NCBI GenBank assembly: GCA_942493095.1
Contig: OW818675.1
Location: 540,001-572,000 of the forward strand
DNA: 32,000 nucleotides
Direction of reading: 5' to 3'
Origin: Candidatus Electronema halotolerans
GTDB lineage: Bacteria; Desulfobacterota; Desulfobulbia; Desulfobulbales; Desulfobulbaceae
This document shows, in pieces, positions 25,938-32,000 of this stretch. How positions within the stretch are numbered: the first letter of the stretch is position 1; each line of letters begins with the position of its first letter. A program made the position numbers and the translations under genes. The notes below the pieces were generated by a model. It ran no database searches. It was not told where the DNA came from and worked only from the letters and a program-made list of their open reading frames with translations.

Positions 25938-26777
25938 ATGCTGCCAACGGCAAATCCGTTTCCGGGAAGCACAGTCACTTTGCTGGGCAGCACCACTACG
26001 TATGAACCAAGCGGCCTTGCGCTTGCCAAGGGCAAACTTTATTTGGCAAGTGATGACGGATACATTTATCTGTATGACCATGCAGACAATGCGTGGCATG
26101 AGGTCTTTGCTGACAAAGGTGCGGACTTTGAATCTCTCACATATAGCAAAGGCAAATTGATGGCTGGTGTGGAGAAAAACAAAGAGCCTGAAATAGTACG
26201 GCTGGCAGCAAGCAGTGACGGTTCCCTGCGCAAGACAAGCTCTTGGATTTTGGAACTTCCCAAAGGAGTGAATGCAGGAGACATGGAGGCTATGACCTTT
26301 GTTCCTGAAGAGTATTGTCCGTTTGGCAGAGCCAAACATTACGGCGGCTTCTTTTTTGCCGCCTTCCAAAGCTGTTTGGGTAAAATTTTTGTTTACGACC
26401 TGCCAAAGGGAAAAGGCAGAAGAGGAATAACTGGCAACAAACCGATATGCGCATACACTGTTGCTGTCAGGATGGCAGCATCTGATATGTGCTTTGCCAA
26501 CGGTGTGCTGTATGTGCTGTTTGATGACAACGTGACTACAAATATTCTTGCCGCCTGCACCACGCATCGAAAGGAAGAGAAATTGACGCTGCAAAAACAG
26601 TACGGCCTGCCAAAAGAAAATGGCTCCAGCAGCAATTACGAAGGACTTGCTGTTGACGGACAGACCATTTATCTATCCAGAGATGACAATGCCAAGCCTG
26701 CTGACAATGCCGTTTATTACTGTCCGTCAACCTCCATCTTCCCTGAAGGGGATTTGCCTTCGCAAAATTGTGATTGA
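25938..26777 (+). CDS. Hypothetical protein, YjiK/SdiA-regulated-like (phytase-like) beta-propeller repeats
   Basis: 279 aa. Recurrent blade-like motifs: YEPSGLALAKGKLYLASDDGYIYLYD, ADFESLTYSKGKL, GDMEAMTFVPEE, ASDMCFANGVLYVLFDD, NYEGLAVDGQTIYLSRDD. The ATG is 3 nt after the polA stop, with AAAGGAGAG inside the polA 3' end. GC is about 42-47% in two sampled 60-nt lines, against about 53-60% in the flanks. No obvious signal peptide. Confidence 0.6.
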   Translation: MLPTANPFPGSTVTLLGSTTTYEPSGLALAKGKLYLASDDGYIYLYDHADNAWHEVFADKGADFESLTYSKGKLMAGVEKNKEPEIVRLAASSDGSLRKTSSWILELPKGVNAGDMEAMTFVPEEYCPFGRAKHYGGFFFAAFQSCLGKIFVYDLPKGKGRRGITGNKPICAYTVAVRMAASDMCFANGVLYVLFDDNVTTNILAACTTHRKEEKLTLQKQYGLPKENGSSSNYEGLAVDGQTIYLSRDDNAKPADNAVYYCPSTSIFPEGDLPSQNCD

Positions 26778-26802
26778 TACGCGCCGACTGCAAGAACGCA
26801 TT

Positions 26803-26836
26803 GCCGGAAGAAGAGCCTTTCCGCTCTTCTTCCGGC
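26803..26836. terminator. Perfect 14-bp stem hairpin between convergent genes (likely bidirectional terminator)
   Basis: GCCGGAAGAAGAGC (26803-26816), loop CTTTCC, GCTCTTCTTCCGGC (26823-26836). It sits between the stop of 25938-26777 (+) and the stop of 26845-27090 (-). Confidence 0.65.
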
Positions 26837-26844
26837 AGGTGCTC

Positions 26845-27090
26845 TCAGGCGCGCTTGTTGAAAAAGAGGATGATGCCGCTGATGGTCACGGACAGCAGGC
26901 CAAGGGCGAGAATCATGCCGATGTATGGAGCGATGATCTCCCACGTGTGCAGAGCAACGGCCAATTCCTTGGCCTCCTTGCCGTACAGATCAGACTTTCT
27001 GAACAGCAGGAACGCGCCGCTGCAAGCAGCAAAAATGAACAGCGGCGAAAAGGTGATTGCGCAGAACCTATGGAACTTTCTGACCTTCAT
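26845..27090 (-). CDS. Small two-TM membrane protein (PepSY-associated-TM-like)
   Basis: 81 aa: MKVRKFHRFCAITFSPLFIFAACSGAFLLF...LHTWEIIAPYIGMILALGLLSVTISGIILFF. AGGAGGA RBS (complement of 27095-27101) is 4 nt upstream of ATG 27090. The longer 179-aa ORF (to 27384) would overlap metX and lacks an RBS. Confidence 0.55.
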   Translation of the reverse strand: MKVRKFHRFCAITFSPLFIFAACSGAFLLFRKSDLYGKEAKELAVALHTWEIIAPYIGMILALGLLSVTISGIILFFNKRA

Positions 27091-27195
27091 GTTTCCTCCT
27101 CTTTGGTGAAAAATATTTTTCGGCAATGCGCCGGGACTGCTATTTTGTAGCATCTGCTGGTGGAGAAGTAAACCCAAAAAAGACGGCGACAAACT

Positions 27196-28320
27196 GTGCC
27201 TGACAACGACGCACGACAATATTTCACCTTTGCTGAACCGCCGGACCTGATGCCGGTTGAGTGCGGCGCAGGGCTGGGGCCGATCACCTTGGCCTATGAG
27301 ACTTGGGGCGAGCTGAATCCGCAGAAGGACAATGCCATCCTGATTTTGCACGCCTTTTCCGGTGATGCACACGTGGCCAGTCATGACAGCGCGAAAAGCC
27401 GGGCCAAGGAGCCGGGCTGGTGGGATTTCATGGTCGGGCCGGGCAAGGGCATTGACACCCGCAAATATTTTGTTTTATGCAGCAACGTGATTGGCGGCTG
27501 TATGGGCAGCACTGGCCCCTCCTCGCACTGTCCGCAGTCCGGGCGGCCTTACGGCATGGACTTCCCAGTGGTGACGATCAAAGACATGGTGCGGGCGCAG
27601 AAGGTTTTGCTTGACCATCTCGGCATCAGCCGAGTGCTGGCTGTGGTCGGCGGTTCAATGGGCGGCATGCAGGCTTTGCAGTGGTGCGCGGATTACCCGG
27701 ACAGCGTGGCCTCGGCAGTGCTTTTAGCCACCACGGCCCGCCACTCGGCCTTGGCCATCGCCTTTAATGAGATCGCCCGCCGGGCCATCATGACTGATCC
27801 CAAATGGCAGCGTGGCAGCTATTATGGCAGCGAAGGCCCGGAGCTGGGCTTGGCTGTGGCCCGAATGATCGGCCATGTCACCTATCTTTCCGACGAGGCC
27901 ATGCACCGCAAGTTTGGCCGCCGCCTCCAGAACCGCTGTGATCTTTCCTTTGATTTTGACATCAACTTTGAGGTGGAAAGCTATCTGCACCACCAAGGGG
28001 AGAAATTTGTCCGCCGCTTTGATGCCAATTCCCTGCTCTACATCACCAAGGCGGCAGATTACTTTGACTTTACAACCGCTGACAGCGAGACCTTGACCCG
28101 CATGGCCGAGGCAGGCATCCGCTTTCTCGTCACGTCCTTTTCCTCAGACTGGCTCTATCCCACCTATCAGTCGCGAGAGCTGGTCCGCCTGCTGAAAAAG
28201 AACCGCATTGACGTGAGTTTCTGCGAGATTCGAGGCGACAGCGGCCATGACGGCTTTCTCCTGCCCAGCGAGCGGCTGACCAATCTGATTGCGGGTTTTC
28301 TCAAACGGGGGCAGGCATGA
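27196..28320 (+). CDS. metX: Homoserine O-acetyltransferase
   Basis: The N-terminus LAYETWGELN...ILILHAFSGDAH, the nucleophile elbow GGSMGGMQ, and C-terminal SDWLYP...GHDGFL are typical of MetX. GTG start at 27196. ATGA overlap with metW. Confidence 0.9.
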   Translation: MPDNDARQYFTFAEPPDLMPVECGAGLGPITLAYETWGELNPQKDNAILILHAFSGDAHVASHDSAKSRAKEPGWWDFMVGPGKGIDTRKYFVLCSNVIGGCMGSTGPSSHCPQSGRPYGMDFPVVTIKDMVRAQKVLLDHLGISRVLAVVGGSMGGMQALQWCADYPDSVASAVLLATTARHSALAIAFNEIARRAIMTDPKWQRGSYYGSEGPELGLAVARMIGHVTYLSDEAMHRKFGRRLQNRCDLSFDFDINFEVESYLHHQGEKFVRRFDANSLLYITKAADYFDFTTADSETLTRMAEAGIRFLVTSFSSDWLYPTYQSRELVRLLKKNRIDVSFCEIRGDSGHDGFLLPSERLTNLIAGFLKRGQA

Positions 28321-28991
28321 TCGAAAGCGCGGGCATGCGGTTTGACCTCCAGATTATTTCCTCATGGATCAGTCCGGGCTGCCGGGTTCTGGACTTGGGC
28401 TGCGGCAGAGGCGATCTGCTCTTTTATTTGCAGCATCAAAAAAACGTGCGCGGCGTGGGCATTGAGCAGGACGAGGATAAGGCCGCCTTCTGCATCAGCC
28501 GGGGCCTGTCAGTGCTGCACGGTGACTTTATTGAAGAAGTTTCTGATTACCCAGAGAACCACTTTGACTGCATTGTCCTCAGCCAGACCTTGCAGCAGGT
28601 CTATGCCCCGGACAAGCTCCTGCCCATGCTGATGGCCGTGGGCAGCCGGGTGATTGTCAGCTTTCCCAACTTCAGCCACTGGAAGGTCAGACTTCAGCTT
28701 TTTTTGAGCGGGGCGGCCCCGCGCAACGAGCAGTTTCCCTACGAGTGGCACAACACCCCGAACATCCGCATCATCACTCTCAAGGACTTCCGCATCTTCA
28801 TGCACAAGATCGACGGCATCATTCTCAAGCAGGCCGCGATCAGCAGTGACTGCCATGAAACACAGGGCAGGATTGTCCGCAGATTCCAGAACTGGCGCGG
28901 CAGCTACGGCATTTTCATGATTTCCGACAGCCGCAAGTCGGCCATGTTCAGTTCTGAGTTTTCAAACGCGCAGGGCGTTGTCTTGGGGTGA
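28317..28991 (+). CDS. metW: Methionine biosynthesis protein MetW
   Basis: RVLDLGCGRGDLL SAM-fold motif, DCIVLSQTLQ, FPNFSHW, and YEWHNTPNIRIITLKDF, characteristic of MetW. Coupled to metX. Confidence 0.9.
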   Translation: MIESAGMRFDLQIISSWISPGCRVLDLGCGRGDLLFYLQHQKNVRGVGIEQDEDKAAFCISRGLSVLHGDFIEEVSDYPENHFDCIVLSQTLQQVYAPDKLLPMLMAVGSRVIVSFPNFSHWKVRLQLFLSGAAPRNEQFPYEWHNTPNIRIITLKDFRIFMHKIDGIILKQAAISSDCHETQGRIVRRFQNWRGSYGIFMISDSRKSAMFSSEFSNAQGVVLG

Positions 28992-29023
28992 TGAATTTCA
29001 TGAACTTTCTGCCGCCCATCGTA

Positions 29024-29046
29024 GGGACAGACCCCGTGTCTGTCCC
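29024..29046. repeat. Perfect 9-bp stem hairpin GGGACAGAC-CCCGT-GTCTGTCCC
   Basis: Read directly from the sequence in the metW-pntAA gap. No T-run follows. Confidence 0.5.
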
Positions 29047-29158
29047 GTGCAACGCACCAAAATGACGGGAAACACCGGGAGAGAGCCGGATGACAGAGCA
29101 TTTTATCTTGCAACAGCCATAGTTGCCCGAAAAATTTTACCCCAAGGAGGAGTTGTTT

Positions 29159-30295
29159 ATGAAAATTGCGGTCATGAAGGAAACATATCCCGAAGAACGG
29201 CGGGTGCCCATGATTCCAGCGACGGCGGAGAAGTTGGTCAAGCTGGGCGCGGAATTGGTGGTTGAGTCCGGTCTCGGCCTGAGCTGCCGCTTTGCCGATG
29301 CGGACTACGAAAAAGTTGGAGCAGCGGTCAGCAGCTCACGCCGCGACATGCTTCAGTCTGCTGACCTTGTTCTCCGCCTGCGTAAGCCGTCAGTGGAGGA
29401 AGTCGAGCTGATGAAAAAAGGCTGCATTCATGTCAGCTACCTTGATCCTTTTCATGAGGCCGAGCTGGTCGAGCTGCTCCGCCGGGAAAACATCTCAGCC
29501 GTCAGCTTGGAGATGATCCCGCGCACCACTTTGGCCCAGAAAATGGACGTGCTCTCCTCGCAGGCCAATATTGCCGGGTATGCGACAGTGATCCTTGCTG
29601 CCGAGCATCTCGACAAAATCTTCCCCATGATGACCACGCCCGCAGGCACGATCAAACCTTCCAGAGTTTTTGTCATCGGCGTGGGTGTGGCAGGCTTGCA
29701 GGCCATTGCCACGGCCAAGCGGCTCGGCGCAATGGTCGAAGCCTTTGACACCCGGCCTGTGGTGGAGGAGCAGGTCAAGTCGCTGGGCGCCAAGTTCGTC
29801 AAGATTGATCTTGGCGAGACCGGCCAGACCAAGGACGGCTATGCCAGGGCACTGACCCCGGAGCAGCTGGCCCTGCAAAAGGAGGGCATGGCCAAAGCCT
29901 GCGCCAAAGCGGACGTGGTCATCACCACGGCCCAGCTTTTTGGCCGACCTGCGCCGCGCATCATTGACAGCAAGATGCTGGCTGGAATGCGGCCTGGCTC
30001 AGTGGTGATAGACATGGCTGTGGAAACAGGCGGCAACGTCGAAGGCTCGGAAGTGGATAAAATCACCGAGATCAACGGGGTGCGGGTGCTCGGCTTCGGC
30101 TGTCTGCCGGGCCGCTTCGCTGAGACGGCCAGTCAGATGTACTCTGCTAATATTGGCAGCTTTGTCGAGCACTTCTGGGACAAGGAGCAGAAAACGTTCC
30201 ATCTCAACCGCAACGACGAGATCATGCAAGGCGCGCTGATCACCCATGAGGGCGAGATTGTCAGCGAAATGTACAAAAGCATCATCAACAAGTGA
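29159..30295 (+). CDS. pntAA: NAD(P) transhydrogenase subunit alpha, part 1 (dI)
   Basis: MKIAVMKETYPEERRVPMIP N-terminus and Rossmann motif VIGVGVAGLQAIATAKRLGA. AAGGAGGA RBS is at 29143-29150. The upstream 12 codons of the ORF track were discarded. Confidence 0.9.
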   Translation: MKIAVMKETYPEERRVPMIPATAEKLVKLGAELVVESGLGLSCRFADADYEKVGAAVSSSRRDMLQSADLVLRLRKPSVEEVELMKKGCIHVSYLDPFHEAELVELLRRENISAVSLEMIPRTTLAQKMDVLSSQANIAGYATVILAAEHLDKIFPMMTTPAGTIKPSRVFVIGVGVAGLQAIATAKRLGAMVEAFDTRPVVEEQVKSLGAKFVKIDLGETGQTKDGYARALTPEQLALQKEGMAKACAKADVVITTAQLFGRPAPRIIDSKMLAGMRPGSVVIDMAVETGGNVEGSEVDKITEINGVRVLGFGCLPGRFAETASQMYSANIGSFVEHFWDKEQKTFHLNRNDEIMQGALITHEGEIVSEMYKSIINK

Positions 30296-30303
30296 GGCAG
30301 GCA

Positions 30304-30606
30304 ATGGAAGCGGTCTATTTGAGCTTTATTTTTATTCTGGCGATTTTTCTCGGTTTTGAGCTGATTTCCAAGGTGCCTTCCACCTTGCACACGCCGCTGA
30401 TGTCCGGCTCAAACGCCATTTCCGGCATCACCCTGATCGGGGCCATGGCTGCGCTCCAGACTGATATCAACTGGCTCTCGGCCCTGCTCGGCACCGTGGC
30501 CGTGGCCTTGGCTGCGATCAACGTTGCAGGCGGCTATCTGGTCACAGACCGGATGCTGGAGATGTTCAAGAAAAAGGAGAAAAACTCTGAGGGAGGCGGC
30601 AAGTGA
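30304..30606 (+). CDS. pntAB: NAD(P) transhydrogenase subunit alpha, part 2 (membrane dII-alpha)
   Basis: About 100-aa hydrophobic protein with the HTPLMSGSNAISGI motif, positioned between pntAA and pntB. The start could also be GTG 30292. Confidence 0.85.
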   Translation: MEAVYLSFIFILAIFLGFELISKVPSTLHTPLMSGSNAISGITLIGAMAALQTDINWLSALLGTVAVALAAINVAGGYLVTDRMLEMFKKKEKNSEGGGK

Positions 30607-31979
30607 ATCTGTTCATCAACTTCAGTTACATCATTGCGGCAATTCTGTTCATTTTCGGCCTGAAAATGCTCGGCTCGCCCGCCACAGCCCGGCGCGGCAA
30701 TCAAATTTCCGCCTTGGGCATGCTGCTGGCGATTGTCGTCACCCTGATGAATTCCGGGCTGGATTACAAGTGGATCATCCTCGGCATCCTGATCGGCAGC
30801 GCGATTGGCGTGTATGCGGCAGTCAAGGTGGAGATGACCGCCATGCCGGAGATGGTGGCTCTGTTCAACGGCTTTGGCGGCCTTGCCAGTCTGCTGCTGG
30901 CATGGGCTGAGTATAATCAGGAGCCAGACATGCGGCTCTTTATCGCCATAGTCACCTTCCTTTCCGCCCTGATCGGCGGCGTGACCTTCAGCGGCTCCAT
31001 GGTGGCCTTTGGCAAGCTCTCCGGCAAGATCACCCAGAAGGCAGTGGTCTTCACTGGCCAGCACATTGTCAACGGAGCCATCCTTGCCGCCGTCCTGCTT
31101 GCCGCCGCCGTGTTCTGTACTGATCCCGGCTCAGGTCTTGGCTATGCCCTCTTCATCATCATCATCTTAATCTCTCTCGGCTTTGGCATCACCTCCACCA
31201 TTCCCATTGGCGGCGCAGACATGCCGGTGGTGATTTCGCTGCTCAACAGCTATTCCGGGCTGGCCGCCTGCGCTGCTGGTTTTGTCATCTCCAACAAGCT
31301 GCTGATCGTGGCAGGCGCATTGGTCGGGGCTTCCGGCATCATCCTGACCAACATCATGTGCAAGGCCATGAACCGCTCCTTGGCCAATGTCCTCTTTTCC
31401 GGCTTTGGCAGCACCATTGCCAAAAGCGGCGGCCACAGCGCGCAGGGTGAAGTCCGGCCCGCTTCGGCAGAGGATGTCTATTATATTCTGGAGGCGGCAG
31501 ACTCGGTGGTCTTTGTCCCTGGCTATGGTCTGGCTGTGGCGCAGGCCCAGCATGTGGTCCGCGAGCTGGGAGAGCTACTGGAGAAGAACGACACTGAAGT
31601 CAGCTACGCCATTCACCCGGTGGCAGGCCGGATGCCTGGTCACATGAATGTGCTGCTCGCTGAGGCCAATGTGCCTTATGATCAGCTTGTGGAAATGGAT
31701 GACATCAACCCGCGCATGGACAGTGTTGATGTCTGTGTGGTGATCGGCGCGAACGACGTGGTCAACCCGGCAGCCCTGAACGACAAGTCCAGTCCGATCT
31801 ATGGCATGCCGATCATTGAAACCCACCGGGCGCGGACGGTCATTGTCCTCAAACGCTCGATGAACCCCGGTTTTGCCGGCATTGAGAACGCTCTCTTTTT
31901 TGGCAGCAACACCCGCATGTATTTCGGCGATGCTAAAGAGTCGATTCAGGCTTTGCTGGCTCAGTTCAAGAGCAACTGA
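30603..31979 (+). CDS. pntB: NAD(P) transhydrogenase subunit beta
   Basis: 458 aa. Polytopic N-terminal dII, and C-terminal dIII with PGYGLAVAQAQH, VIGANDVVNPAA and PIYGMP motifs. The GTG start overlaps the pntAB stop (GTGA). Confidence 0.9.
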   Translation: MNLFINFSYIIAAILFIFGLKMLGSPATARRGNQISALGMLLAIVVTLMNSGLDYKWIILGILIGSAIGVYAAVKVEMTAMPEMVALFNGFGGLASLLLAWAEYNQEPDMRLFIAIVTFLSALIGGVTFSGSMVAFGKLSGKITQKAVVFTGQHIVNGAILAAVLLAAAVFCTDPGSGLGYALFIIIILISLGFGITSTIPIGGADMPVVISLLNSYSGLAACAAGFVISNKLLIVAGALVGASGIILTNIMCKAMNRSLANVLFSGFGSTIAKSGGHSAQGEVRPASAEDVYYILEAADSVVFVPGYGLAVAQAQHVVRELGELLEKNDTEVSYAIHPVAGRMPGHMNVLLAEANVPYDQLVEMDDINPRMDSVDVCVVIGANDVVNPAALNDKSSPIYGMPIIETHRARTVIVLKRSMNPGFAGIENALFFGSNTRMYFGDAKESIQALLAQFKSN

Positions 31980-32000
31980 CTGACAGCGGCAGGGAGCGGA

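Noticed and set aside
27091-27195. Possible SAM riboswitch upstream of metX.
   Set aside because: The spacer is only 105 nt and must also hold the divergent promoter. I found no SAM-I or SAM-II-like conserved core, only a short TGCTA-TTTTG-TAGCA hairpin.
26845-27384. Full 179-aa minus-strand ORF.
   Set aside because: Its N-terminal 98 residues would overlap the metX coding region antisense and have no RBS. A strong RBS plus ATG at 27090 defines the short 81-aa membrane protein instead.
1-32000. Screened the window for CRISPR arrays, tRNA/rRNA genes, IS elements, integrases, toxin-antitoxin pairs and known defence-system signatures.
   Set aside because: I saw no regularly spaced direct repeats, no tRNA-like T-arm (GGTTCGAATCC-type) motifs, no transposase, integrase or nuclease hallmark motifs in any ORF, and no terminal inverted repeats.

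Overview
This is a gene-dense chromosomal segment of roughly 55-60% GC by eye, mostly on the plus strand. I can support 26 protein-coding genes. I recognise no rRNA, tRNA, CRISPR array, transposase or integrase. All domain calls come from reading motifs in the supplied translations; no search was run.

Gene order:
- a 5'-truncated DUF805 membrane protein
- cobT-cobS (late cobalamin assembly)
- a bacteriohemerythrin
- a ~13-kb co-directional signalling array: hybrid histidine kinase with Hpt, MobB-like P-loop protein, Fe-alcohol dehydrogenase, second hybrid kinase with Hpt, zinc-ribbon/REC/PAS protein, REC/DUF4388 protein, REC/PAS/PAS/GGDEF cyclase
- fmt-larC-pgpA
- on the minus strand, a FabH-like KAS III enzyme and an orphan fused double-NBD Dpp/Opp-type ABC ATPase
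- a ~600-bp intergenic gap with a ~30% GC core
- an M50 site-2-type protease
- polA
- a low-GC YjiK/SdiA-regulated-like beta-propeller ORF abutting polA
- a small two-TM protein
- metX-metW
- pntAA-pntAB-pntB

The domain repertoire (many hybrid kinases, DUF4388, hemerythrin, LarC) suggests a Desulfobacterota/deltaproteobacterium-like anaerobe. That is inference only.

I see no classical defence or mobile island. The best candidates for something undescribed are:
1. the branched phosphorelay array with three atypical receiver proteins and an embedded MobB-like/ADH pair
2. the compositionally aberrant intergenic island at 21946-22548
3. the low-GC beta-propeller gene coupled to polA

The ORF track uses GTG/TTG as well as ATG starts, so several starts were re-picked from RBS context or family N-termini.
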